Origin: Candidatus Poribacteria bacterium
GTDB taxonomy: Bacteria; Poribacteria; WGA-4E; UBA9662
DNA length: 64,000 nucleotides
Assembly (NCBI GenBank): GCA_046582655.1
Contig: JAYGDX010000413.1
Coordinates: forward strand, 84,130 to 148,129
Direction: 5' to 3'
Shown here: piece after piece, positions 20,650-31,186 of the stretch
Layout: each line of letters opens with the position of its first letter
Numbering within the stretch: the stretch's first letter is position 1
Translations under genes and position numbers: made by a program
Notes under the pieces: generated by a model
The model's input: the letters and a program-made list of their open reading frames with translations, nothing else
Database searches by the model: none
What the model was told of the DNA's origin: nothing

Positions 20650-22368
20650 ATGAATTGGAAATCAGCACCGCAATTTCTACAAACAATTATCGAAAAGTTC
20701 AATTCTGGTCAGAGTAATCAATTCATACTATACGGAAATGTACGCGATCTGTATTCGCTTGGGAAAGACCAGTTCTATAGCTTAATTGATTGTCTCAAAC
20801 GGCTGATGGATCCCCCAGAAGGCGATCAACGGCGTATCATTGCCTATTACGATCTGATTAGTGGTGTTCAGTTCCGTAATCAAGACGACTTGGCTCTTGT
20901 TGAGTCCATTCTGGGAAAAGCTGAACTTCAGAAGTATATGCAAGATAGTATCCAGCATCCACTGCAAGCATTGGTTTTTCTTCAGGAATTGAGCAAAATC
21001 AGCCTTCACACTATTAACTCCGAAAAGCAAGGATGGGGATTTATCATCAATCATGTTGAATCGTTGATCCACCGTCAGGAAAGCAATCATCCGAACGAGG
21101 TCGAACAGCGAAAAGCGATGATTTTCCATCAATGGTTTACTGATCCTGCTTTTATTCGCGGACGCCATCTGGCTGTTCTAATTACACAAACGCTAGCAGA
21201 ACTAAATGAAACGGTGGTTGAACTTCCTTTTGTCACCGCAATTCAAGTTCCTCGCCCCAGCGACACACAACGGCAAAGGTATCTCCGATTTCTGAAAAAG
21301 CAGCACCAGGTTAGTTTAGGGCTAAAAGAAAAAGATGCCGTTTTTTACACCGGTGGATTGACACTGCAAGATTTGCAGAAGATGTTTATGCAAGCAAATC
21401 ATACCAACACGAAGCTAACTGCTGAAATGATATTTAAGCTTACGCAAGAAGTAATTGAGAAAGAACTCAGCGGTAATATTGAATTCCCAATTATTAACTA
21501 TGATTTTTCTGATGTAATTGGGGCCAAAAAGTTACTAGCCAAGTTGGAAGAAATGAAGTCTTTCATCATGAGTGGGAACTCTGACTTGATGCCAACCGGC
21601 ATTCTGGTACCTGGTCCAAACGGTGTTGGAAAGACCTATACTTTCAAAGCATTTGCCAAAGAGTGTGGTTACCTACCGGTAATTATCAAGAATGTTCGTG
21701 GTCAGTACGTGGGACAGACCGAAATGACATGGGAGAGAATCCGGTCAATCCTTGAAGTCATGGGAAATGTAATGGTGATCTATGACGAAGCAGATACAGA
21801 ACTTGGAGGACGGAGTGCTGGCACACATGATGTCGATAAACGACTTTTTGGCGCAATTTTGAGGATGATGAGTGACCCTAATAATCGAGGGAAAATTATC
21901 TGGATAATTATCACTGCTAGGCCTGACAAATTAGAACCGGATATCAAACGAACCGGACGTGCTGGCGAACACTTACCTGTCTTTGATCCAGAAGGACAAG
22001 AACGTGAAGAGTTTATCAACTTTGTCTTATCAAAAGTTGGACTGTCACTTGATAATTTTCTTGAAGATCATAAACGACGATTTTTGGATCATACCGCCAG
22101 TTATTCTCCAGCTGATTTCGTCCAATTTTTAACCAACCTTGAACGCAAGAAACATCTCACATCGAGGAATCTGACTGTAGATGAGATTTTGGAAATTGGG
22201 TATGATTTCATACCCGACGATATCAGTTTACAACGACAATTGCAGGAATTATTAGCATTTGTCGAATGTTCATACCAAAGCCTAATTCCGGAAAAATATG
22301 TCGATATGACCAAGCAAGAGGCTTACACGCAGATCAGTGAATTGAAAATTTTATTGGGTGAAAATTAG
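20650..22368 (+). CDS. Classical-clade AAA+ ATPase with a degenerate N-terminal AAA-like domain
   Basis: Walker A GPNGVGKT, pore loop GQYVGQTE, Walker B VIYDE, SRH 'TARPDKLEPDIKRTGR'. Confidence 0.9.
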   Translation: MNWKSAPQFLQTIIEKFNSGQSNQFILYGNVRDLYSLGKDQFYSLIDCLKRLMDPPEGDQRRIIAYYDLISGVQFRNQDDLALVESILGKAELQKYMQDSIQHPLQALVFLQELSKISLHTINSEKQGWGFIINHVESLIHRQESNHPNEVEQRKAMIFHQWFTDPAFIRGRHLAVLITQTLAELNETVVELPFVTAIQVPRPSDTQRQRYLRFLKKQHQVSLGLKEKDAVFYTGGLTLQDLQKMFMQANHTNTKLTAEMIFKLTQEVIEKELSGNIEFPIINYDFSDVIGAKKLLAKLEEMKSFIMSGNSDLMPTGILVPGPNGVGKTYTFKAFAKECGYLPVIIKNVRGQYVGQTEMTWERIRSILEVMGNVMVIYDEADTELGGRSAGTHDVDKRLFGAILRMMSDPNNRGKIIWIIITARPDKLEPDIKRTGRAGEHLPVFDPEGQEREEFINFVLSKVGLSLDNFLEDHKRRFLDHTASYSPADFVQFLTNLERKKHLTSRNLTVDEILEIGYDFIPDDISLQRQLQELLAFVECSYQSLIPEKYVDMTKQEAYTQISELKILLGEN

Positions 22369-22884
22369 ATCTCGCTTTTTCTGCCTAGTAACGTTGAGAC
22401 TAAAGTTGCAATTCCAATGCGATACCAAAGGATTTTGTTCGTTACTATGATGTTTGGGCTCGTAGCTATAATTAGACCCATAACAGCTTAAACAATTCTT
22501 GACTTGTTTAATCGGCGACCTTACTAGAATGGCAGGGAGATAATGAGTCTTGGAAGATTATAGTTAATAGTATCGCTGGACCGAATGCAACACTTCCTCA
22601 TACAATGAAACTTAACACTCTAAGTGGTGAAGGCAGTTCGCAGTCTCTCAACACCTAACCTAATTCTTGAGATTGGGAAAGGTCTGGAGTTTTTTGATAG
22701 GTAGAAGATTTGGATCTTCTAGTACGGATGCAAACCACAGATTCGACAACCATCTATGGATGCCGGATTCAGTTGAGGACAATTTAGATGGTCAAATCCG
22801 GTTACGAAGATTTGCTAATAATGCTAGGTTCTATTCAATCAGGTTCCTCCAGCCAGGAAACCGGGCTGAATAGAACCCTCCTAA

Positions 22885-23142
22885 CTCATTCCAAATACAT
22901 GGTTTCATTATGATACTGCGACTTTGGCATACGCAGAGATCTTGATCTATAGCAGTGCAGGCCGAATTGTAAGGACATTACCTGACGGTCATCAATCAGC
23001 GAGTTGGCATGATGACGAAATCCAATCTGCCCACCGGAGTGAAAGAGATAATTACGACGATATGGTTGCAAACGACATGTACTTTTGCACTCTTAGTGCC
23101 GATCAATTTACCGCAACAAGAAAAGAGACCTTTGTGAGGTAA
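22885..23142 (+). pseudogene. Remnant of a FlgD-Ig/T9SS-like C-terminal domain protein
   Basis: In-frame 'PNTWFHY...ILIYSSAGRIVRTL..GHQSA...DMYFCTLSADQFTATRK' preceded by a stop at 22882; upstream ~500 bp is fragmented. Confidence 0.65.
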
Positions 23143-23158
23143 ATCTCAGGAATTTACG

Positions 23159-25455
23159 ATGCATAGGATTCTCGTTCTTTTTCTGTTTCTCTGTTTCTTT
23201 ACAGTCATGGAATTTGAGGCAGACTCACAAATCCTAATTGATGGAACTCGCCAAAAAGTTCATGGCTTATACTATAGTGCCGATGATGAGATTATTGCGG
23301 CTACTACCTCCAGTGGTGTGAATTTATATAACACTAAAAAGCGAAAGAGGATTTTCGCAATTCGGCTTCCCGACGTATCTAAACAAGTTGCCTTTGAAGT
23401 AAAGAGACACTGGATTGCAGTTCTTGTAAGCACTGGTACAATCCACGTCTGGGATATCCAAGGACAAAAAAAGTATTCACTATTCAAGCAGAACAGATTA
23501 AAAAAGAAATTGCTGATATTTGGTTCATATCTTCAGGACTATACGTTGGTTTGATTGATGGAACACTTTTGAAATTTAATATTGGACAAACCAAACCGAA
23601 GCAAGTCATTGGTGCGAATTACAGTTATGTGACAGAGCTCCGTTTCATCCCAACAAGCAAGCATCAATTCGTAATTCGCCATAATAATAAAATCAGTTTC
23701 CACAGTTTCAGAAAAACATTGTGGGAAGGTATAAACGGATCTGATGTTAATATGAATATGATGGCGTTCAGCCCTTTAGGCGACCAAATGGCACTTGTCC
23801 GTAATAACATTGTAGAGGTAAGAGACTGTCAAACAGGCGACATGCGCAATCTGATGGAATATGACGATAAAATTGTAAGCTTCTGTTTTGCACGTCAACC
23901 TAACGTTGCTGTTTCTGCATCATCTGATAACACAATACAAGTATGGAATCTATCAGCTAACCGGATAACAAAAACATATCGATACAAACAAGTTAATTCG
24001 CCTATTCAAAATCTGGCTTGTGCGGGCAATGGCAAGCAATTTGCCTTTGCAACTGCTGAGGGGAAAATTTGGCTTGGTGGCGAAGTCCGAAGGAGAAGTA
24101 TAGCAAAACAAGTAAAGCCGAAAAAGACTCAGGTGTTGGCTAAAAAGCCAAAGAGATTGGTGTTGAAGGCAACTCCTCTACCACCTTATGTTGTCGCAGT
24201 AGGAGAGACTATCGAAATCCAAGTCGACTGTTCAATATCAGCGATGATACGGTTATTTACGCCGATCGATAACACCAACTTTGATTCAAACCGCAATCTG
24301 TTTCGATGGACACCCGATTTCTCTCAGATCGGAGAAAAGAATATCAGATTTTTAGCAGAAACGAAAGATGGTCGCTCAACCTCCCTTGATCTTGATATTG
24401 AGGTGCAATCCATCAACGTTGCGCCAGTCTTCACCCAAATCGGTGCGTTTATGGTACGAGAAGTTCCAACACCAAAATTAACAGTCAATGAAGGAGAAGT
24501 GCTTGATACCAAGGTACAGGCATATGATCGAAATGGCGATCCGCTCACCTATACCGCAACGGATTTACCAAGCGATGCTCAGTTTGATAAGAATCGAATT
24601 CGCTGGGAACCATCGTTTGATTTTGTGTCTACTGAAGACCTTAAAACTGAAATCCCAGTCACGTTGACAGTTAGCGATGGCGAACTTGACACCAAACTTC
24701 CGATTACTATTGTTGTGTTCAACATAGAGCAACCTGAGGAGCAACCGGCAGAGAATACGCAGGTTGATCTGCGACCGCCTGACCAGATGATTCGGGTTCC
24801 TGAAAGTAATTTTGTGATTGGTATAGACAGTGACATTTCAGAAAAATCAGGCAATACAGTTTTTACCTTAGCATTTGATGTTGATCGGTTTGAAGTTACA
24901 AACGCGGAGTACGTCAGCTTTTTGAACAGTTATCAGCGTGTCGTCGATACAGATGGTAGAGTGTTAATTAGCCTTGACTCTCAGGCCACGAAGATTGAGA
25001 AAACCAGCAATGGATATCAAGTCCAATCCGTCTTTGAAAGGCACCCGGTTGTAGGCGTGAGTTGGTACGGTGCACAAACTTATGCAGAATGGGCAGGTAA
25101 ACGTTTATTGACTGAGACTGAGTGGGAATGGATTGCTCGAGGTAATAATCAGCGTCTATTTCCTTGGGGGAACCAGCCTCCTGACAGGAATCTACTAAAT
25201 TATAGATCTAAAGCACCAGTTCCAGTAGGGAGTTACCCCAGAGGTGCAAATCCGTTGGGCATACATGATTTAGCCGGAAACGTGGCGGAGTGGGTCACAC
25301 CAAAGAAAGTTCCTGGGAAAGCAAAGATAGTCCGTGGTGGATCATGGAAGAGTCTAAATCCGAGAAGTGTGAGAACAACCGCGAGGTTTCCGCTGCTACC
25401 TGATCAAATGATTTCCTGGGTCGGTTTCCGTTGCGCACGTGATATTGAAAACTGA
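23159..25455 (+). CDS. Secreted WD40 / Ig-like (cadherin) / FGE-sulfatase (SUMF1-like) protein, split by a -1 frameshift at 23466-23473
   Basis: ORFs 23159-23554 and 23551-25455 join through the A7 run; signal peptide, WD repeats, 'EVTNAEY', 'HPVVGVSW', 'DLAGNVAEW', 'RGGSW', 'GFRCA'. Confidence 0.8.
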
Positions 25456-25521
25456 GATGTTTCTAACCATTGTTTTGATGGTTAGGTATTTATTAGGACA
25501 AAATTTTGAAATTGATGGAGT

Positions 25522-26328
25522 ATGAATATTATGATAAAAGTTATTGTTGATGGTGCCTGCGGTCGAATGGGACGAATGCTGATTTTCTTAGTCACTCGAC
25601 AACCAGACATGGAACTTGTTGGAGCAACTGAGTATCCTACACATCCGAAAATGGGTACCGATGCCGGTGAGGTCGCCGGCATCGGTTCACTTGGCGTTAA
25701 AATTGTGGCAAATCTAGCAGATGTTATCGATCAGGGAGATGTCGCCATCGAATTCACTTCTCCTGAAGCCACTGTTTCCAATCTCAAAAAAGTCGTTGAT
25801 GCAAAGAAGTCCATGGTCATTGGCACAACAGGTTGTACGGCCGATCAATTGGCGAAAATTCGCTTGTTGGCGGAACATATTCCGTGTCTAATGTCACCTA
25901 ACATGAGCGTTGGTGTTAATGTTATGTTAAGAGCCATTGAGCTGGTGGCTAAAGCGCTTGGTGATGATTATGATGTCGAGGTTATCGAAGCACACCATAA
26001 TCAGAAAAAAGATTCACCAAGCGGTACTGCCGTTCGTATTGCCGATGTGCTGGCAACTGCATTGGATCGGGACATGAATCAAGTTGGAGTTTATGGACGT
26101 GAGGGAATAGTTGGAGTACGTCCTAAGAAAGAGATCGGTGTTCATGCGGTTCGTGGAGGTGATATTGTCGGTGATCACACGGTCCTTTTCGCCGGAATTG
26201 GTGAGCGGTTGGAGATCTCCCATCGCGCACAGAGCCGGGAGTCTTTTGCCAGTGGAGCGATCCGCGCGACACGATGGATTGTTAACGCGCCCAATGGGCT
26301 TCATGATATCAGTGAGGTCCTCTTTTAA
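25522..26328 (+). CDS. dapB: 4-hydroxy-tetrahydrodipicolinate reductase
   Basis: GACGRMG, IGTTG, EAHHNQKKDSPSGTA, RGGDIVGDH. Confidence 0.96.
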   Translation: MNIMIKVIVDGACGRMGRMLIFLVTRQPDMELVGATEYPTHPKMGTDAGEVAGIGSLGVKIVANLADVIDQGDVAIEFTSPEATVSNLKKVVDAKKSMVIGTTGCTADQLAKIRLLAEHIPCLMSPNMSVGVNVMLRAIELVAKALGDDYDVEVIEAHHNQKKDSPSGTAVRIADVLATALDRDMNQVGVYGREGIVGVRPKKEIGVHAVRGGDIVGDHTVLFAGIGERLEISHRAQSRESFASGAIRATRWIVNAPNGLHDISEVLF

Positions 26329-26370
26329 ATACCTAATAGAGAATTTGGTAAACTATAAGGGAAATATATT

Positions 26371-26946
26371 GTGGATTTGAAAGAGAAAATTGAAAGTTGG
26401 TTTATCCCACTTTCCTACAGTGATAAAACCCTGAGTTCGGCTTATCAAGAACTTCAGGAATTCGGTTTGAAACAGGAGGAAATCCCGTACATCATACAGA
26501 TCGTGGAAAATCCTAAATTTGACTTGCCGGGTGGTGATATCTTCCACGGAAAAACAAATATAGAGACACACGATTACCTTCACATTATTTTGGGCAGAGG
26601 GATCCTAGCAAAAGATGAGGCTTTTGTCATCGGCTTCACTATGGGAAGTACCAACCGTGTGACTTCCACTGAGGAAAACCTTTACAGTTTTTTTACCAAG
26701 TATTTATATCCTAAAGCATACCGCTTCACAGACGAAGACTTACATGTTTTTAAGGATGCTGTAAAGCTTGGCTTTATTTCTGATTGTCAGACTTTGTCCG
26801 AGGTGGATTATTCTCGGTATCTTGAGCAGCCGCTGGGGGAAATACGAGAAGACTTGGGCATAGAAACGAATCTTTTACAAGCCTATTACACTATTGAGAA
26901 ACGACGATACCCAAAATCTGTGGAAAGTCAAAGGTTGCTCAGTTAG
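26371..26946 (+). CDS. Hypothetical protein with a Coq4-like metal-binding motif
   Basis: HDYLH-x11-E. Confidence 0.55.
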   Translation: MDLKEKIESWFIPLSYSDKTLSSAYQELQEFGLKQEEIPYIIQIVENPKFDLPGGDIFHGKTNIETHDYLHIILGRGILAKDEAFVIGFTMGSTNRVTSTEENLYSFFTKYLYPKAYRFTDEDLHVFKDAVKLGFISDCQTLSEVDYSRYLEQPLGEIREDLGIETNLLQAYYTIEKRRYPKSVESQRLLS

Positions 26947-27042
26947 AAGCCTATAGTGAAGATATCCGTTCAATTGGAAGCAGCGTGGATAAATCCAGTC
27001 ATTCCATTTCTTTAGCCATTACTAAATTTAAGGAGACCAATT

Positions 27043-28890
27043 ATGCCTTTAAAGAGGTTGATTATCGTTGTTTTACTGAGTGTGATATATTTCGTTTCGC
27101 TGACCAGTGCGCAACAATATTTCTCAGACGAAATAGGGCCTACTCGAGTTAGAATTATCCAATCTCAGGATCCGTTGTTGATTCCCTATATCACCTGGGG
27201 AGGCGAATCGGCGCTGTTCTACGCTAACGGAGGGTTAAACACCCAACCTAATTCAATCATGGCGAGTTTGGGATTAAATTTAAAGCTGGTGCCAGGTGAT
27301 AACTTCATGCAGCAAGTCAGAGATTATCTGGCTGGTAAATCTCCTATTCTGCGTGGTACGTTTAGAATGATTGCCCAAGCTAGCGAAGTGATTGGACGTG
27401 ACCCAAGAACGCAGGGCGTTGTTTTTGGCCAGTTAACTTGGTCTGCCGGTGATCATTTCGTCGGCAGGTCTAATATCAGAAAGATCTCCGATTTAAAAGG
27501 TAAAAAGATTGCCATACAAAAGGGAGGACCTCATATCGGTATGCTGTACGATATGTTGTTGACTGCTAGGCTTCCAAAGTCGGATCTGGAAATCATCTGG
27601 ATGGATGAATTAACGGGGGCAAACAGCCCAGCAGAGAAGTTCAGAAAAGATTCGACGGTCTCCGGTTGCTTTGTCATTACGCCAGATATGCTCAGCTTGG
27701 TTGGTGATTATCAAGCAGTTGGTGACGGTACAGGAGGTACAGTCAAAAGCGCACGATTGGTGGTTAGTACCGCAACACTCTCCCGATCGATTGCAGATGT
27801 CTATGCATGTCGAAAAGACTACTCCGACAAGAGCAGAGGCATTATTGAAAAGTTTTTTGCCGGGTATCTGAAAGGGGCAGAAGAAGTTATTCGGTTGAAG
27901 AAGAGCTATGAATCGGGAGGATCAAAAGAGTATACGGCTCTACTTCAAATGATGCAGGATATCTATGGGAAGGATGTGTTGCCAACACTTGATGAAGACG
28001 CTCATGGACTTATCGCTGATTGTACTTTTGTCGGACAACCTGGTAATATGGCATTTTTTAATGATCCTACAAATATTGTAACCGGGTTTGAAGGATTTAA
28101 TAAAAATGGATTGGACATGGCCGTCAACTGGGGATTTGCCAGAAAGAGATACGATTTGATTCCTTCCAGTTTGGATTTCAATTCGCCGACCTTTGCAACC
28201 TTCCTAACAACAACCGTTACAACCCCAATTCAAAGGAAACGTTTCAAAGAAGAATCGGTTAGAGCCGAAATTGAAACATTTAGCGAAGAAGACGTTCTTG
28301 ATGACAACACACTAATATCATTTACAATTCAATTTGAGGCCAATCAAGATACGTTTAGTGAAGCCCGGTATCGTGAAGAATTCGATCGAGTGATTGAGCT
28401 CGCTTCTCGGTATGGTAACGCGGCAGTAGCGATTAAAGGGCATACCGATCCCTCGAAAGTCCTGTTCGCTCTGGTAAAAACCGGAATTAAAAGAGGAATT
28501 CTAAAGCGCACGGGAACTAGAGGGAATTACGAGTACTTCATGAACGGTAGGCCCTTTAGTTTGGAAGATACCTCCGAATTGATTCGACTCATTCAGCAAA
28601 AAAAATTTGATGACGGGAGCGACTTTGATGGACCATACCAAATAATGAGAGCTGGTCTAAAACTGTCTGAGCAGAGAGGTAAAGCTGTCAAACAAGCAAT
28701 TCTTGCCTATGCCAATAGACTAAACGCGAGGATTGAAGCTGAACAGATTGTCCCAGTTGGAGTTGGCATCAAAGAACCTGTCATTGCTAAGCCAACTAAT
28801 CCGGCGGAAGCAGGAAAAAACCGACGTGTGGAATTTGCCTTAATTAAGATCTCTTCCGAGTCTGTTGCTGAAGCCGATTTTGATTTCTAA
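27043..28890 (+). CDS. Second substrate-binding domain/OmpA-like fusion protein
   Basis: Signal peptide, 'ITWGG', 'LTWSAGDH', OmpA motifs 'IKGHTDP...LSEQRGKAV...NRRVEF' with an insertion. Confidence 0.85.
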   Translation: MPLKRLIIVVLLSVIYFVSLTSAQQYFSDEIGPTRVRIIQSQDPLLIPYITWGGESALFYANGGLNTQPNSIMASLGLNLKLVPGDNFMQQVRDYLAGKSPILRGTFRMIAQASEVIGRDPRTQGVVFGQLTWSAGDHFVGRSNIRKISDLKGKKIAIQKGGPHIGMLYDMLLTARLPKSDLEIIWMDELTGANSPAEKFRKDSTVSGCFVITPDMLSLVGDYQAVGDGTGGTVKSARLVVSTATLSRSIADVYACRKDYSDKSRGIIEKFFAGYLKGAEEVIRLKKSYESGGSKEYTALLQMMQDIYGKDVLPTLDEDAHGLIADCTFVGQPGNMAFFNDPTNIVTGFEGFNKNGLDMAVNWGFARKRYDLIPSSLDFNSPTFATFLTTTVTTPIQRKRFKEESVRAEIETFSEEDVLDDNTLISFTIQFEANQDTFSEARYREEFDRVIELASRYGNAAVAIKGHTDPSKVLFALVKTGIKRGILKRTGTRGNYEYFMNGRPFSLEDTSELIRLIQQKKFDDGSDFDGPYQIMRAGLKLSEQRGKAVKQAILAYANRLNARIEAEQIVPVGVGIKEPVIAKPTNPAEAGKNRRVEFALIKISSESVAEADFDF

Positions 28891-28972
28891 TAAGGCTCAA
28901 TTCTTAAATTTTTATTACTCACATCAATCACATCAGCAATTAGACCCATAATGTCAAAAAGGGAGCTCGGCT

Positions 28973-29926
28973 ATGCAGAACACAAGCTCGCCAGTGGTGC
29001 TATTAACTATCTATGCCTTCCTTGTATCTTTATCTGTGACTGTCTTACCTGATGAAAATGTGCACACAGATAACATTGTCGTTATCTTGGATGCGTCGGG
29101 ATCGATGGGGGAGAAATTCAGCAGTGATCCAACGAAGACGAGGATGAATGCAGCCAAAGAAGCATTGCAAACCGTTTTAACGACAATTCTCGACGGCACC
29201 AATATTGGACTACTCGTTTTCAGTGGTTCCAATGTAAAAAACCATTGGGTTTATCCTCTCGGACCAAAGGACAACGAGGCTTTGATTAAGGCGATTAACT
29301 TTCCCCTACCTGGCGGAACAACACCCCTTGGTACATACCTCAAAATTGGTGCTAACCGACTTCTTGAACAGCGGGAAAAACAGTACAACTACGGCAGCTA
29401 TCGTCTATTAGTTGTCACTGATGGTGCAGCGAGTGACCCTGATAAAGTTCGGCTGTATACGCCAGAGATAATGCATAAACAAATACGGATCGATGTAATC
29501 GGCGTCGACATGGAACAAGATCATATGTTAGCCACTGTTGTTGATAGTTACCGTCGGGCGGACAATCCGGAACAGCTAATTAAAGCGGTATCTGAGGTCC
29601 TGGCTGAGGTTGCCGGTACAGGGATAGATTCTGGAGGTGAGGATATATTCGAATTAATTTCACCACTCACTGAAGAATTGGCCTCGTCTCTAATTGATGA
29701 AATGACAAAAGTTCCAGGGAATCAGCCAATTGGCAAGCAACTGGTAACGCCCAAACAGGCCACAAAAATGGATACAGCAAACCAAATAGTCAATGCAAAT
29801 ACCAATCAACCAAGTAATCAAGATTCCGAAATGGGATTTCACATCTGGTTTATTATCATTATTATCAGTTTATCAGTAATAATGTGGGTCGTTTTTAAAA
29901 ACAGAAACAAATCGAGCCAACAGTAA
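28973..29926 (+). CDS. VWA domain protein with C-terminal membrane anchor
   Basis: Signal peptide, DASGSM MIDAS, GTTPLG, VTDG, C-terminal TM followed by basic residues. Confidence 0.85.
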   Translation: MQNTSSPVVLLTIYAFLVSLSVTVLPDENVHTDNIVVILDASGSMGEKFSSDPTKTRMNAAKEALQTVLTTILDGTNIGLLVFSGSNVKNHWVYPLGPKDNEALIKAINFPLPGGTTPLGTYLKIGANRLLEQREKQYNYGSYRLLVVTDGAASDPDKVRLYTPEIMHKQIRIDVIGVDMEQDHMLATVVDSYRRADNPEQLIKAVSEVLAEVAGTGIDSGGEDIFELISPLTEELASSLIDEMTKVPGNQPIGKQLVTPKQATKMDTANQIVNANTNQPSNQDSEMGFHIWFIIIIISLSVIMWVVFKNRNKSSQQ

Positions 29927-29965
29927 CGCATGGAACAAATAGATTTGATCAGAGAGGTACGTTAA

Positions 29966-31186
29966 ATGGAGGTTCGAGGTGTTCATAAATCGGAATTAGA
30001 AGAGACTATTAATCTCTATTGTCTGGTGTTCCGGCCGAATGGACATGCTCGATATTGGCAATATGTTGAGGGTGATTGCACCTATCAACTTGATCAGACC
30101 CGTGTTGTGGTTGTTAACAGGCGTATTGTTGCATCCCTCCGCATATGGGAGCGTCGGATGCGAATTGGTTCGTCTATCGTAGCGATGGGCGGTATCGGTG
30201 GCGTGTGTACCCATCCGGATTATCGTGGGTTGGGTTACGCAACTGTGCTGATGAAAAACGCCATTGAGTACATGCGGACAGCGAATTATGATGTTGGAGT
30301 GCTCTTTTCTATTATTCCCGGCAAGTTTTACGGTAAGCTTGGATGGACGCCTTTATCCTTAGAGGGTTTTCGAATTGTATCCCGTCGCATAGACGCCTTA
30401 AAAGATACAAATTGGAGGGTTGAAACGTTCAATGAGGGTCGGGATCTTAATCAGGTTGCTACACTCTATGACGAGTATAACTTGTCTCATAGTGGAACTA
30501 TTGTTCGACCTCGATCTTATTGGGATATGGCGCCATCCCATCTTAGAGATATTCTTCCTTCAGTAGTGGCACGAAGTAGAGATACATTAGGTGGATATCT
30601 CAATTTTCAAATTGAAGGTAAGCAGGCCAAAGTGCTTGAAGTTGCATTTGATCGAGAGGATCCAACATCTTTATCTGCTCTAGTTGGTTATCTATTGGAT
30701 ATTTGTAATCAACAACAAATTAAAGCGATATGCGGCGAGATCCCTCGTCAGCACCCACTTGTTGATTTGACGATTGAGGGCTGTGCTGGAGATCCATTTT
30801 TAACAGGTAATTCGTCTATGATGTTGTACGCTGTCAATCTTCCGGCCTTACTGAGAAAACTGTTACCAGAATTGCAATCCAGAATTGACGCATCTGACCG
30901 TAAACTAGGACCAATTTCAATTTGTTTTGAAACCCATGATCAACAAGCCGTTCTACGTCTTCACGATTCAGGCACTCTGCAAATCTTCGACTTGGATGAA
31001 AAAGCTACTTGTGTGAAAATACCAGATCGATTCTTCTGGCGTATGTTGCTGGGTGAATCAGGTTGGGATCAGATTGAACCGACGCTCAAGGTCCATGGTC
31101 TATCCGTCACGCAGGAAATTTCCACTCTTTTTTCGATTCTGTTTACCCAACGAATGGTGGTTTTCTGGACGCCGGATCACTATTAG
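29966..31186 (+). CDS. Eis-like tandem GNAT acetyltransferase
   Basis: 'GGIGGVCTHPDYRGLGYA', 'FYGKLGW', second GNAT-like domain and SCP2-like C-terminus. Confidence 0.85.
   Translation: MEVRGVHKSELEETINLYCLVFRPNGHARYWQYVEGDCTYQLDQTRVVVVNRRIVASLRIWERRMRIGSSIVAMGGIGGVCTHPDYRGLGYATVLMKNAIEYMRTANYDVGVLFSIIPGKFYGKLGWTPLSLEGFRIVSRRIDALKDTNWRVETFNEGRDLNQVATLYDEYNLSHSGTIVRPRSYWDMAPSHLRDILPSVVARSRDTLGGYLNFQIEGKQAKVLEVAFDREDPTSLSALVGYLLDICNQQQIKAICGEIPRQHPLVDLTIEGCAGDPFLTGNSSMMLYAVNLPALLRKLLPELQSRIDASDRKLGPISICFETHDQQAVLRLHDSGTLQIFDLDEKATCVKIPDRFFWRMLLGESGWDQIEPTLKVHGLSVTQEISTLFSILFTQRMVVFWTPDHY

Noticed and set aside
24780..25455. FGE/C-type-lectin domain as a diversity-generating retroelement target
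   Set aside because: No reverse transcriptase and no template repeat of the 3' end were seen in the window
22470..28951. Exact 14 bp repeat AATTAGACCCATAA at 22470 and 28938, both intergenic
   Set aside because: Several 14-mer matches are expected by chance in 64 kb; no third copy or structure was seen
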